Source: an uncultured delta proteobacterium
GTDB lineage: Bacteria; Desulfobacterota; BSN033; UBA1163
Reading direction: 5' to 3'
Assembly: GCA_963827685.1 (NCBI GenBank)
Contig: CAWHBU010000002.1
Location: forward strand, 384,001 to 448,000
Length of the DNA: 64,000 nt
Positions 30,184 through 40,446 of the stretch are shown here, piece by piece. The translations under genes were made by a program, and so were the position numbers. Positions within the stretch are counted from its first letter, which is position 1. The number at the start of each line of letters is the position of its first letter. Under the pieces are notes generated by a model. That model made no database searches. It was not told the origin of the DNA and worked only from the letters and a program-made list of their open reading frames with translations.

Positions 30184-31315
30184 AAATTTTGATTAATTCG
30201 TAATTCCGTGTTCCCATCCCGATTTCTTCGGCATAAGCAAGCTGAACGGTCCAGTCCACTTTTGGATAAATCGCTCGAAATTTATCTTCTCCAGGTTCCC
30301 AGGCTCCAGGGAGTTTGGAGGATCGGTTTCCTTCTTGCCCATTCACCAAATCAACCGAGGCTTGATCGATTGCAACCGGATCCTCAGAAGAAAGGATCCC
30401 AATATCATTGACAATCGGTATATCGGAATACCCATAACAGTCACAGGCGGGGGAGATTTGAGTGAGAAAGTTGAGGTATAGGGTCTTGCTCTTTTTCTTG
30501 TGGATAACTCCATAAGCATGCTCCACCATTTTCTTTTGGAAAATAGGGACGCTCTCGTTCCATTGGATTTGAATGGCCCCTGAAGAACAGGTGAGGATGC
30601 ATTCTCCACACCCAACGCATTTCTTAGGATCGATAAAGGCAATGCCCTGTTTGGTTTCGACTCCCGATTGAGGCGGCCGCATCGAAATCGCTTCCTGTGC
30701 ACACCAACTGAGACAGGTTTTACACCCTTTGCAGGCTTTCCCATTGACTCGGGGTGAGATATTTGAATGCTGACTCAACTTTCCTTCACGGCTGGCGCAC
30801 CCCATTCCCAGATTCTTCAAAGCTCCTCCAAACCCCGACAGTTCATGTCCCTTGAAATGGGTAACGGTGATCAGTCCATCCGCCATATAGATCTCTCGGG
30901 CGATGGAAACTGTTTTGAAAATAGGTTTGTCAATTCGAACTTTCACGGCACTATTGCCTCTCAAACCATCGGCAATCAGAATAGGGGCATTCACGACAGA
31001 CTCTGTGAACCCGTTTTCGAAAGCGGTGATTAGGTGGGAGACCGCTTCACTCCGAGTTCCAACGTAGAGGGTGTTGGCATCGGTTAAGAAAGGTTTCCCT
31101 TTATATTGTTTGACTCGATCGACCACCCTTCTTAAAAAGATGGGCCGAACATAAGCTGTATTTCCTTTCTCCCCAAAATGGAGTTTAATTGCCACCAGAT
31201 CCTTCTCCCTGATCTTTTCCTTCAAATCAGCGCGATCCAAAAGGATGTCCAATTTATTCAGGAGTGTTTTCCCGGATTCAACCTTCAGATCTGAAAAGAA
31301 GACAGAGCTCTTCAT
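30182..31315 (-). CDS. DUF362-domain iron-sulfur protein
   Basis: AIKLHFGE, HFKGH, GGALKNLGMG, two Cys clusters, SPACDC, DPVAIDQAS. Confidence 0.88.
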   Translation of the reverse strand: MKSSVFFSDLKVESGKTLLNKLDILLDRADLKEKIREKDLVAIKLHFGEKGNTAYVRPIFLRRVVDRVKQYKGKPFLTDANTLYVGTRSEAVSHLITAFENGFTESVVNAPILIADGLRGNSAVKVRIDKPIFKTVSIAREIYMADGLITVTHFKGHELSGFGGALKNLGMGCASREGKLSQHSNISPRVNGKACKGCKTCLSWCAQEAISMRPPQSGVETKQGIAFIDPKKCVGCGECILTCSSGAIQIQWNESVPIFQKKMVEHAYGVIHKKKSKTLYLNFLTQISPACDCYGYSDIPIVNDIGILSSEDPVAIDQASVDLVNGQEGNRSSKLPGAWEPGEDKFRAIYPKVDWTVQLAYAEEIGMGTRNYELIKI

Positions 31316-31383
31316 ATTGGAACCTCCTTGCCAAACATTCTAAGGAAATCCCTCTGCTGTGTCAATGATCGGAGGGGAGACGA

Positions 31384-31571
31384 CAGGCTGTTGAAAAACG
31401 CCCATCTGCAGCGTTATCCGGCCGCCTCACCGTCTCGGCGGCGTGGCAACAAGTCGCTCCTTATTCGTCGCGACACCACCCCTCATCCTTCGTCGTTGCG
31501 ACGTACATTCAAGTGCGTCTCACTCCTCATGATTTCGGGCGCCTTGCATCTGGGCATTTTTGATCAGCCTG
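31384..31571. mobile_element. 188-bp MITE with ~26-bp terminal inverted repeats
   Basis: CAGGCTGTTGAAAAACGCCCATCTGC versus reverse-complemented right end CAGGCTGATCAAAAATGCCCAGATGC. Confidence 0.7.
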
Positions 31572-31758
31572 CAAAAAACAAATTTTCCACCAGGCCGATA
31601 AGAGGTTGACCCATTCGTTGAAAGCGAACCCCGTTATTCATCTGAAGAAGTTGAAAGGAAGAAGTCGAAAAAGAGGGCGCAAGGGTTGACTTTTGATTGG
31701 GAAAAGAGGTAATTTATATTGTTCTTTTAGATGGGGTAAGTGACGGAAAGGAGAAGAG

Positions 31759-33855
31759 ATGAAACGAGCTGAACCGACCCAGATTCGTAACATAGGAACC
31801 TTTGGCCATGGCGGAGAAGGGAAGACTTCCTTGGTCGAGGCAATTCTTTTCGATACGGGGGAGAATACCCGCCTTGGCCGCGTCGATGATGGGTCCTCTT
31901 TAATGGATTTTGAACCGGAGGAGATCAACCGAAAGATCAGCATCAGTGCCTCTCTTTCTCATTTTGAGTGGAATAAGCATCAGTTTCATATCATTGACAC
32001 ACCGGGTTATGCCAACTTCATCGCTGAGGCAAAGGCCTCCATGAGGGTGGTGGATGGAGCCATCATCGTTGTCAGTGGGAATTCGGGGGTGAAGGTTCAA
32101 ACCGAGACAGTATGGGGATATGCCAATGAGTTTCAAGTCCCACGGATCCTCTATGTCAGCAAAATGGACACAGAGCGGGCCAATTTCCTCAAAGTCGTCG
32201 AAGAGGTAAAGAAGACTTTTCCTTCTCAACCGGTTGTTCCTGTCCAACTTCCTATCGGAGGAGAGGGAAATTTTAAAGGAGTGGTAGATTTGATTCAGAG
32301 AAAGGCCTATTTCTACCGAGAAGACGGAAGTGGTCAATTCGAGCTCAAGGATGTTCCTGCGGACATGAAAGAAGAGGTAGAACGACTTCGTGAGAAGTTG
32401 GTCGAGACCGCAGTAGAAATGGACGATCAATTAATGGAAAAATATTTAGAGTCAGGAGAGGTGTCCATAGAGGAAATTATTCGGTGTCTTCGAAAAGGGA
32501 CCATGGAAAGGAAATTGGTACCTGCCGCTTGTGGTTCCTCCATCCGAAATATAGGGATTCAACCCCTTCTGGATCTGGCGATCTCCTGCTTTCCTTCACC
32601 TTTAGAAAGAGGTTCAGTTCAAGGAAAGAATCCCAGGACGGGAGAACCTGAAACGCGTGACCCTAAAGAAGATGCGCCGTTCTCTGCTTTTGTATTTAAA
32701 ACGGTCGCTGATCCTTTTGCCGGAAAGCTGAATCTCTTCAGGGTATATTCTGGATCGGCGAATGCAGATTCTACCCTCTACAATTCCAAAAAGGACGTGA
32801 AGGAGAGAATCGGCCAGATTTTCTTGTTGGAGGGGAAAAAGCAGAAGCCGGTAGGCTTCGCCGGTGTGGGGGATATCGTGGCGGTTGCCAAGTTAAAGGA
32901 GACCACCACAGGTGACACCTTCTCCGATGAGAAAAAGCCCATTATGTTTGAAGAAACCAAACTACCTCTCCCCGTGATCTCCTATGCGCTGACCCCAAAA
33001 AGCAAAGGGGATGAGGACAAGATCACCGCCTCGCTGGCGCGCATCCACGAGGAAGACCCGACGATGATGTTAGGCCGAGATGAACAAACCGGTGAGATCA
33101 TTCTCTCGGGTGTGGGGCAGACCCATGTGGAGGTGATCGTTGAAAAATTGAAAAGAAAATTCGGAGTGGAGGTGAACCTCAGTGTCCCGAAAGTTCCTTA
33201 CAAAGAGACAATTCGTGGATCAAAGACCGGTGTGATTTACCGTCACAAGAAACAGACCGGTGGCCGGGGGCAGTTTGCTGAAGTCCATTTCGATATTTCT
33301 TCTCTTCCACGGGGATCGGGTTTCGAATTCGACAATGCTCTCAGCGGGATGAACGTCCCAAGAAACTTTGTTCCAGCGGTGGAGAAGGGAGTTGCTGAAG
33401 CCATGCAAAGTGGAGTCCTGGCTGGCTATCCTGTAGTGGATGTGAAAGTCCGTTTTTATGATGGAAAATCTCACGAGGTCGATTCTTCGGAAATGGCTTT
33501 CAAGATCGCTGCGATCATGGCCTTTAAAAAGGGGGTACAGGAAGCCAACCCCGTGCTTCTTGAGCCTATTATGAAAGTGGTGGTGACGGCACCGGATGAG
33601 AACATCGGTGATGTGATCGGTGACCTCAACAGTCGCCGGGGAAGGGTTTTGAGAGTCGATGGCAAAGGAAATTATCAAATGATCGAGGCCAATGTCCCCA
33701 TGTCAGAAATGTTGAAATATGCCCCGGACCTTAACTCCAAGACAGGTGGGCGTGGAACCTTCACGATGGAATTTTCCCATTATGAAGAAGTTCCCGGACA
33801 ATTGGCTGAGAAGGTGATTGCTCAGGCTAAGAAGGATAAAGAGAAAGAGGATTAA
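31759..33855 (+). CDS. fusA: Elongation factor G (stand-alone EF-G2-type paralogue)
   Basis: GHGGEGKT, DTPG, HKKQTGGRGQF, DSSEMAF, LLEPIM; not in a str operon. Confidence 0.92.
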   Translation: MKRAEPTQIRNIGTFGHGGEGKTSLVEAILFDTGENTRLGRVDDGSSLMDFEPEEINRKISISASLSHFEWNKHQFHIIDTPGYANFIAEAKASMRVVDGAIIVVSGNSGVKVQTETVWGYANEFQVPRILYVSKMDTERANFLKVVEEVKKTFPSQPVVPVQLPIGGEGNFKGVVDLIQRKAYFYREDGSGQFELKDVPADMKEEVERLREKLVETAVEMDDQLMEKYLESGEVSIEEIIRCLRKGTMERKLVPAACGSSIRNIGIQPLLDLAISCFPSPLERGSVQGKNPRTGEPETRDPKEDAPFSAFVFKTVADPFAGKLNLFRVYSGSANADSTLYNSKKDVKERIGQIFLLEGKKQKPVGFAGVGDIVAVAKLKETTTGDTFSDEKKPIMFEETKLPLPVISYALTPKSKGDEDKITASLARIHEEDPTMMLGRDEQTGEIILSGVGQTHVEVIVEKLKRKFGVEVNLSVPKVPYKETIRGSKTGVIYRHKKQTGGRGQFAEVHFDISSLPRGSGFEFDNALSGMNVPRNFVPAVEKGVAEAMQSGVLAGYPVVDVKVRFYDGKSHEVDSSEMAFKIAAIMAFKKGVQEANPVLLEPIMKVVVTAPDENIGDVIGDLNSRRGRVLRVDGKGNYQMIEANVPMSEMLKYAPDLNSKTGGRGTFTMEFSHYEEVPGQLAEKVIAQAKKDKEKED

Positions 33856-33965
33856 GAATTAAGAGTTATGAGTTATGAATTGAGAATTCACAAATTACAA
33901 GTCACGCGTCACGAGGAACAAATTTCAGATAAAAGTAGCGGACACGTGGCGCGGACACGATAAAT

Positions 33966-34412
33966 ATGAAGGCCGTGATCCAAAGGGTAAAATCTGCCCA
34001 GGTTTGTGTGGATGGCCGAGTATCTGGAAAGATTGGAAAGGGCCTTCTGGTGCTCCTCGGTGTGGGAAAAGGGGACGGAGAGAGTGATCTCTCTTTTTTG
34101 ACCTCCAAGATACCTGAACTCAGAATCTTCGAAGACGACTTCGGAAAGTTTAACCTTTCTTTAAAAGAGATAGATGGAGAGATATTGGTCGTCTCCCAGT
34201 TCACTCTTTTCGGCGATTGCCGGAAAGGGAGGAGACCTTCTTTTACAGAAGCAGAAGAACCATCCACTGCGAAACATCTCTATGAACAATTCATTTTAAA
34301 ATTGAAGGAACGAGGCGTTCCGGTCCAGACAGGGGAATTTCAGGCGAAGATGGAGGTTCATCTCGTCAACGATGGACCTGTGACACTTCTATTGGATAGC
34401 AGACAAGGATAG
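33966..34412 (+). CDS. dtd: D-aminoacyl-tRNA deacylase
   Basis: [25 protein letters not shown]. Confidence 0.96.
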   Translation: MKAVIQRVKSAQVCVDGRVSGKIGKGLLVLLGVGKGDGESDLSFLTSKIPELRIFEDDFGKFNLSLKEIDGEILVVSQFTLFGDCRKGRRPSFTEAEEPSTAKHLYEQFILKLKERGVPVQTGEFQAKMEVHLVNDGPVTLLLDSRQG

Positions 34413-34423
34413 GGGAATAAATC

Positions 34424-35932
34424 ATGAGAAGGTGCATTTACCTCATTTTCTTAATCAGTTTTTTTCTCCTTGCGGGTTCTACAACAATAGCCCAGATTTC
34501 TAAGGGAGGAAAGGAGATGGGGATGAAAGAGATCAGAGAGCCAGTTGTTGCAGGGGCATTTTATCCCGATAACCCGGAAGTTCTTTCACGGGACGTGAAG
34601 CGTTATCTTGAAAATGCGAAGAAGGAGAAGTTGGAAGGGGAAATCGTTGCTCTGATCTCACCTCACGCTGGATATATGTATTCCGGCCAAGTAGCAGCCT
34701 ATGCCTATAAACTAATCGAGGGAAAGGCGTTTGATTCGGTTGTCGTGGTCGCGCCCAGCCATCGGGCTCTTTTTAAAGGTGCCTCCCTTTATGATCGGGG
34801 AAGCTTCCGAACCCCCCTGGGCGTTGTTCTTATTGACGCTGAACTTTCCAAAAAGATGATGGAGAAGCGGAAAGAGATTCAATTTCTTCCCGAGGCTCAT
34901 TCCCAGGAGCATTCGTTGGAAGTTCAAATTCCTTTCTTACAAGTCGTTTTAAAATCGTTTAAACTGGTTCCCATTGTAATGGAGCCCTACTGGAGCTGGG
35001 AAACCTGCCAATACCTCGCCTCAGCCATTGCCGAGGCTGTGAGAGGGAAAAAGGTCTTATTAGTTGCAAGTTCAGACCTCTCCCATTTTCATTCTTATGA
35101 TGAAGCGGTTAAACTCGATAAGATCGTTCTGAATCATATCGATCGATTCGACCCAGAAGGATTGAACCGAGATCTAAAGGATGGACGTTGTGAAGCCTGC
35201 GGCGGAGGGCCAATCATTTCTATCATGCTGGCAGCCAAAGCACTGGGGGCGAATAGGGGGAAGGTGCTCAAATATCTCAACTCTGGAGATGTGACTGGGG
35301 ATCGGGGCCGAGTGGTAGGTTACGCGGCTGGCGTTTTATATAAGACAGCCGGGGGGAAAGAGAAGATGAAAGATGAAAAGAAAGTTGGTGTCGATTTGGG
35401 TTTAAAGGAAGAGGAAAAGAAGACCCTCCATCATATTGCGAGAACAGTGATTGAGAATAAGGCAAGAGGAAAGGCCGTCCCAGAGTTCAAGATCGAATCG
35501 CCCGTTCTGAAGGAGAATCGGGGGGCCTTTGTGACCATTCAAAAAAGAGGACAACTGAGGGGTTGCATTGGTTACATTGAAGGGCATGGACCACTTCATA
35601 AGACGATTGAGAAAATGGCTGAGGCTGCGGCATTCAATGATCCCCGTTTCACCCCTGTTAAGGAAAAAGAACTTCCAGAACTCGATATTGAAATATCCGT
35701 TTTAACTCCCCTCAAGAGGATCACAGATGTCAATGAAATTCAAGTTGGGAAACACGGGATCTACATTAAGAAAGAATGGTTCTCAGGTCTTCTACTCCCC
35801 CAGGTCGCTACAGAATACGGATGGGATCGTCAGACCTTTTTAGAACACACCTGTCAGAAGGCAGGCCTTCCTTCCAATGCGTGGAAAGAAAAGGATATAG
35901 AAATCTATATTTTTTCGGCAGATATCTTTTAA
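34424..35932 (+). CDS. AmmeMemoRadiSam protein B (MEMO) - protein A (AMMECR1) fusion
   Basis: PVVAGAFYP, PHAGYMYSG, EHSLEVQ, SSDLSH; then GAFVT, LRGCIG, DPRF, LLPQVA. Confidence 0.9.
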   Translation: MRRCIYLIFLISFFLLAGSTTIAQISKGGKEMGMKEIREPVVAGAFYPDNPEVLSRDVKRYLENAKKEKLEGEIVALISPHAGYMYSGQVAAYAYKLIEGKAFDSVVVVAPSHRALFKGASLYDRGSFRTPLGVVLIDAELSKKMMEKRKEIQFLPEAHSQEHSLEVQIPFLQVVLKSFKLVPIVMEPYWSWETCQYLASAIAEAVRGKKVLLVASSDLSHFHSYDEAVKLDKIVLNHIDRFDPEGLNRDLKDGRCEACGGGPIISIMLAAKALGANRGKVLKYLNSGDVTGDRGRVVGYAAGVLYKTAGGKEKMKDEKKVGVDLGLKEEEKKTLHHIARTVIENKARGKAVPEFKIESPVLKENRGAFVTIQKRGQLRGCIGYIEGHGPLHKTIEKMAEAAAFNDPRFTPVKEKELPELDIEISVLTPLKRITDVNEIQVGKHGIYIKKEWFSGLLLPQVATEYGWDRQTFLEHTCQKAGLPSNAWKEKDIEIYIFSADIF

Positions 35933-35948
35933 CCCGCTCATCCCTTCG

Positions 35949-36110
35949 TCATTCGATTTTGTATTGTTTTACAATGGCGGTTAACTGTTTGCCCAGGTCA
36001 TTCAGGTTTTAGGCTGCTTGGTCCACCTGCTGCATGCCTTTCTGCATTTGCACCGCCCCTTGATTGATATTCTCCATCGCCCGTGTGATCTGATCCATTC
36101 CGGATACTTT
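35949..36110 (-). pseudogene. C-terminal remnant of a methyl-accepting chemotaxis protein
   Basis: Manual translation KVSGMDQITRAMENINQGAVQMQKGMQQVDQAA*NLNDLGKQLTAIVKQYKIE*. Confidence 0.7.
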
Positions 36111-36605
36111 TATTTTCCTGAAACCTGCCCAGTGCCGGATGAATATCATTCACCGTCGAAATGAGTAAGGGTCAAAAGCAGACTTGACCCCTTTTCTTCC
36201 TCTTGTGGCGGTGAGAAGAGAAGTGCATTGTTGAGAGAATTGGCAGAGAGAGAATGGATGGACGGGGAGGAACTAAGGGTGGTGAGGAGAGCGAGAGAGA
36301 TTGTGAGAGTGACAAAGCATCTTTGAGGTGGCGGTGCGGGGGTACGGGTATCCGGCCCTTAGTTGTTTCCCACGATTTTTCTTGAAATGATTGCAGGAAA
36401 TTCATTAAATTTTGTTGCTTTTTTTTAAAAGTGTAGTATAACTTCTTATGTTTAATCTTATATATTTATCCAAAAAAGGGATTTCTTCACAAACAAAGAA
36501 TTAGTTGTTTTACAGGATGTCTCCTGACAGGAACGTATAACCATAGCATTGCAGCACGGTTAATATGACATCAACCATATTAATTTTCTAACCGGAGATT
36601 GGATT

Positions 36606-37007
36606 ATGGACAAAGAACTTATCCTAGACAACGAAAATATGACCATATGGTATTATCCTCACAAAAAAATCGTCCACCATGAATTTCATAAATTTACGTA
36701 TGGGAAGACATTGCGGGACGGATTAAGTGCAGGAGCTGCAATATTAGAGGAAAAGGGGGCTCAAAAATGGTTATCAGATGACAGGAAGAATACTGGTCTC
36801 GGTAAAGATGACATGGATTGGACTGCGACTGTTTGGAGGCCTCGAGTCATAAAGGCAGGATGGAAATATTGGGCTCTTGTTCTCCCGGAAAAAATTCTAG
36901 GACAGATGAGTATGAAACGAATAATCGAAGAATATGCCAATACTGGCGTTACGGTACAGATATTCAGCGACCCCGATGAAGCCATGAGGTGGCTTGAGAC
37001 CCAATAG
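36606..37007 (+). CDS. Hypothetical protein, probably SpoIIAA/STAS-SEC14-like
   Basis: KWLSDDR, WALVLP, C-terminal FSDPDEAMRWL pattern; RBS GGAG. Confidence 0.6.
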   Translation: MDKELILDNENMTIWYYPHKKIVHHEFHKFTYGKTLRDGLSAGAAILEEKGAQKWLSDDRKNTGLGKDDMDWTATVWRPRVIKAGWKYWALVLPEKILGQMSMKRIIEEYANTGVTVQIFSDPDEAMRWLETQ

Positions 37008-37143
37008 GCTGCCAATAGATGGTATGAGCTTATATGTATGCTTTTTAACTCCACGAAAGATCAAGTTTTTCGGGACGAACCTATCTCTTCAATAAATTTA
37101 TAGAAGTCGTTTGTGTTCTGATTGTTTTCATTTCTCTTGTTTT

Positions 37144-37298
37144 GTACCAGTTTAGTCCCTATCTTACCCGCCGCTATCGAGACATCAGCTTGAATTGTTA
37201 TACAGGGCCGCTTGGGCCGTTGCCGTATCCGCAGTGAGGAGGGTTTGCAGGAATTCCCTTGGATGGATGCCTTGTCTTCTGGCAGTTTGCACTAAAAA
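37144..37298 (-). mobile_element. Right-end remnant of an IS66-like element, cut off by the adjacent element
   Basis: LVQTARRQGIHPREFLQTLL resembles IS66 TnpC C-termini; ends ...ACTAAACTGGTAC. Confidence 0.5.
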
Positions 37299-37377
37299 TG
37301 AGCTAACTACCAGATCGTAAGCTAAAGAAGAAGGGAGAAATGGGTGACACTCCTGAGAAGGAGAAAGGAGTGTACCC

Positions 37378-39324
37378 ATGGAGAATGTAGCAGGAGTTAA
37401 GAAGAAGGGCAAGAGGAAAGGAAGTCGGTATGGGAAGCGGTATGGGGTTGAGTTCAAGCTTCGGTGTGTGAAGTTACGATTAGAAGAAGGGTTACCAGTT
37501 TCTTTGTTGTCCGAGGAGGCAGGAGCCAGTAAAGATGTCATTCGTCGTTGGGTGAAGGCATATCAGGAACGGGGAGAAGCGGGGTTACGGAATCGTATTA
37601 TATCCTCGGGGAGACGACGGAAGCTTCCCGGACCAGTACGCGAGAAGATCGTCGAGATCAAGAAGCGTGAGCCTCTCTTTGGTGTCAAGCGGATTTCCCA
37701 TCTTTTAAAGCGTGCGTTCTTCCTCAGCGCGAGCCCGGAGACAGTCCGTCGGACGCTGCGGGCAGAATCGTTGATTGTTCCTTCCAGAAAGAAACACCAT
37801 CGCAACATCACCCGTCCTCGGTTTTTTGAGCGGTCGACACCGAATCAATTGTGGCAGTCGGACATCTTCACCTTTCGCCTGGGGGGTCGGTATGCCTATT
37901 TGATCGGGTTTATCGACGATTACTCGCGGTACATGGCGGGTTTGGAGTTATACCGGAGCCAGACGGCGGATCAGGTACTGGAGGTGTATCGTCGGGCAGT
38001 TGGGGAGTATGGGGTACCGAAGGAGGTGTTGACAGATCGGGGACGGCAATATACGAACTGGCGGGGATCGACTCGGTTTGAGCGGGAGTTACGGAAGGAC
38101 CGAGTCAGACACATTAAGTCCCAGGCCCATCATCCGATGACGCTGGGGAAGGTGGAGCGGTTTTGGAAGACGATCTATGAGGAGTTTTTGGTACGGGCGC
38201 AGTTTGGGAGTTTTGAGGAGGCGAGAGAGAGGATTCGGCAGTGGGTGCAGTATTACAATTACAAGCGGCCTCACCAGGGGATTGGAGGGCTGTGTCCTGC
38301 GGATCGGTACTTTGAGATCCAGGCAGAGCTGCGAAAGACGATGGAGCAAGGGATCGCAGAGAATGTGCTGGAGATGGCCTTGCGGGGGAAGCCGCGGGAG
38401 CCGTTTTACATGGTAGGGCGGATGGAGGGGCAGTCGGTGGTCTTACGGGCGGAGAAGGGAAAGCTGCGTTTGATGGTGGATGATGAAGAGGGCGGTGGAA
38501 AGCAGGAGATGATCTATGAAGTTGGCGCCAAAGGAGAAGAGAAAGATCGTTCTATTAAGAGGGAGGAGAGCGATGGACAAGGTAGAGAAGCCGAAGGTAG
38601 AGAGGTCAGGGATAGAGGACAAGAGAGGGAGGAAGGTTTCGGGGCACACGGCGGAGGAGAAGTGCCGGGCGGTGTTGTCGGTATGGACGGAGAGACGCAA
38701 ACCCGGAGAGGTTTGCCAGGAGTTGGGAGTCGCGTGGAGTTTATTGAACCAGTGGCAGGAGCGGGCGATGGAGGGGATGCTCTTGGCATTGCAGTCACGG
38801 GTTGCGGTGATGGAGAAGAGAGTGGCATTGAACTCGCGTCTTGCGGTATTGTTGGAGCGGAAGAGCAAGGGAGGAGCGATGAAAGGATTGGAGCGGCGTT
38901 TGGCGAGACTGCAGGGAAGTCCGGTGGCCAAGCCAGGAGAGTTGAAGGAGGTTGGGGCAGAGAAGAAGGTCTGACAATCTACAGGGAGATTTTGGATGGA
39001 GGAAAGGAAACGGCGGCACGAGAGGGAGAAGGAACAGAAACTTGCACGGGAGCGGGCGCTGGTGATTCTCCAGGTGCGCAGTGGAGCCTTAACTGCAAAG
39101 GAGGGAGCGCAGCGGCTGGGGGTGTCGCGCAAGACGTATTACGAGTGGGAGGAGAAGTCGCTCAAAGCCATGGCCCTGGCGTTGGAGAATCATCCTGCGG
39201 GAAGACCGCCTGTGCCTGTGGACGAAGAGAAGGAGACGCTTCTGGAGCGGATCCAGGAATTGGAGAAGAAGCTGGATGTCGCGAAGCAGACCACCAAGGT
39301 GAAAGAGTTCCTGGGGGTGTATGA
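37378..39324 (+). CDS. IS481-like DDE transposase with a long low-complexity C-terminal extension
   Basis: HTH, PNQLWQSD, IDDYSR, LTDRG, GKVERF, YNYKRPHQG. Confidence 0.85.
   Translation: MENVAGVKKKGKRKGSRYGKRYGVEFKLRCVKLRLEEGLPVSLLSEEAGASKDVIRRWVKAYQERGEAGLRNRIISSGRRRKLPGPVREKIVEIKKREPLFGVKRISHLLKRAFFLSASPETVRRTLRAESLIVPSRKKHHRNITRPRFFERSTPNQLWQSDIFTFRLGGRYAYLIGFIDDYSRYMAGLELYRSQTADQVLEVYRRAVGEYGVPKEVLTDRGRQYTNWRGSTRFERELRKDRVRHIKSQAHHPMTLGKVERFWKTIYEEFLVRAQFGSFEEARERIRQWVQYYNYKRPHQGIGGLCPADRYFEIQAELRKTMEQGIAENVLEMALRGKPREPFYMVGRMEGQSVVLRAEKGKLRLMVDDEEGGGKQEMIYEVGAKGEEKDRSIKREESDGQGREAEGREVRDRGQEREEGFGAHGGGEVPGGVVGMDGETQTRRGLPGVGSRVEFIEPVAGAGDGGDALGIAVTGCGDGEESGIELASCGIVGAEEQGRSDERIGAAFGETAGKSGGQARRVEGGWGREEGLTIYREILDGGKETAAREGEGTETCTGAGAGDSPGAQWSLNCKGGSAAAGGVAQDVLRVGGEVAQSHGPGVGESSCGKTACACGRREGDASGADPGIGEEAGCREADHQGERVPGGV
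38573..38974 (+). CDS. Small HTH/coiled-coil protein (OrfA-like) nested in another frame of the transposase ORF
   Basis: RBS GGGAGGAG; HTAEEKCRAVLSVW..EVCQELGVAWSLLNQW. Confidence 0.7.
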   Translation: MDKVEKPKVERSGIEDKRGRKVSGHTAEEKCRAVLSVWTERRKPGEVCQELGVAWSLLNQWQERAMEGMLLALQSRVAVMEKRVALNSRLAVLLERKSKGGAMKGLERRLARLQGSPVAKPGELKEVGAEKKV

Positions 39325-39364
39325 GGAGTTTCGGGACCGCGGCGGCGCTAAAAAAAAACAATAG
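38996..39364 (+). CDS. HTH protein (OrfA of an IS3-like pair)
   Basis: AKEGAQRLGVSRKTYYEW, GRPP, coiled coil; ends in an A9 run (39350-39358). Confidence 0.75.
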   Translation: MEERKRRHEREKEQKLARERALVILQVRSGALTAKEGAQRLGVSRKTYYEWEEKSLKAMALALENHPAGRPPVPVDEEKETLLERIQELEKKLDVAKQTTKVKEFLGVYEEFRDRGGAKKKQ

Positions 39365-39408
39365 ATCGGCAAGAAGCGATCAGAAAGGTTGTAGAGACGA
39401 TTGAGAGT

Positions 39409-40446
39409 ATGAAGGAACGGACAGGGATGCCTTATGGGATGATTTGCAAGACGCTTCAGCTCCCTTTAGCGAGTTTTAACCGGTGGCGCTTCAGGATCAA
39501 GGAAAACGTTGTTTTAATCAATCGTCCGGGTCCGAAGAAGGTACAACCGTTTGATCCTTCGGTTCTTGACACGGAGGTTCAATCGTTAGATCATGGGGTG
39601 AAGCGGAGTGTAGGAACAACCGGCTTATATCAACGGTACCGGTTTAGTGTGTCACGGCGGGAGCTGGGGCGAATGGTGGAGCGGGTACGGCACGACCTGG
39701 AGTCGGATCGCCGTGCCCATCTTCGCTGGATCGAATGGCTGACGCCAGGGGTAGTGTGGGCTATGGACTTCACGGCATATGACCTGGGGATAGCCGGTAA
39801 AATCTATTTGCACAATACGCAGGATCTGGGCTCGCGGTACAAGTTTTTGCCGATGGCCGGAGAGTATCCGGTTGGAGAAGAGGTGGCTGGATATCTGAGC
39901 GAGAAGTTTGATCGGTATGGCACGCCTCTGGTGTTGAAGCGGGATAATGAAGGGAATATGAACCACACCGCCATCAACGATGTATTAGCCGAATCATTTG
40001 TTCTACCTTTGAACAATCCGGAGTATTATGCACCCTACAATGGAGCAATCGAAGAGTCACAACGAGAGGTGAAGACAACTCTACGGAAGAAAATTATGTT
40101 GGGTTTGCATGGCTACCGGGATCATATCGCTGCGTATGCGGAAGCTGCGGTCAATGATCTGAACCATCGGATCCGGCCTTGCCTGAATGGGAAGACATCC
40201 TGTCAGGCATTCTTTGAATCTGGCAACAGACCGGCTTTTACGAAACGGCAAAGGAGGGGAATCTATGATTGGGTAATGGAAAGGGTGGAAAGGATTTTGT
40301 TGGCAATGAATCAATCTGGACTGGCTGTCAGAGAATCAGCCTGGAGGATCGCGGTGGAATCCTGGCTCCAATCCAGTGGACATATCAGGGTTCACATCAA
40401 TAAAAAGTGTCACCCAATTTTACCCCTTTTTTTAGCTCATGAATAG
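39409..40446 (+). CDS. Second DDE transposase (OrfB-like, -1 frame relative to the upstream HTH ORF)
   Basis: VWAMDF, DLGSR, KRDNEG, NGAIE; frame is open from 39352. Confidence 0.8.
   Translation: MKERTGMPYGMICKTLQLPLASFNRWRFRIKENVVLINRPGPKKVQPFDPSVLDTEVQSLDHGVKRSVGTTGLYQRYRFSVSRRELGRMVERVRHDLESDRRAHLRWIEWLTPGVVWAMDFTAYDLGIAGKIYLHNTQDLGSRYKFLPMAGEYPVGEEVAGYLSEKFDRYGTPLVLKRDNEGNMNHTAINDVLAESFVLPLNNPEYYAPYNGAIEESQREVKTTLRKKIMLGLHGYRDHIAAYAEAAVNDLNHRIRPCLNGKTSCQAFFESGNRPAFTKRQRRGIYDWVMERVERILLAMNQSGLAVRESAWRIAVESWLQSSGHIRVHINKKCHPILPLFLAHE

Noticed and set aside
38443-39132. 229-aa minus-strand ORF in the dual-transposase element
   Set aside because: Shadow of purine-rich coding sequence, with no RBS or motif
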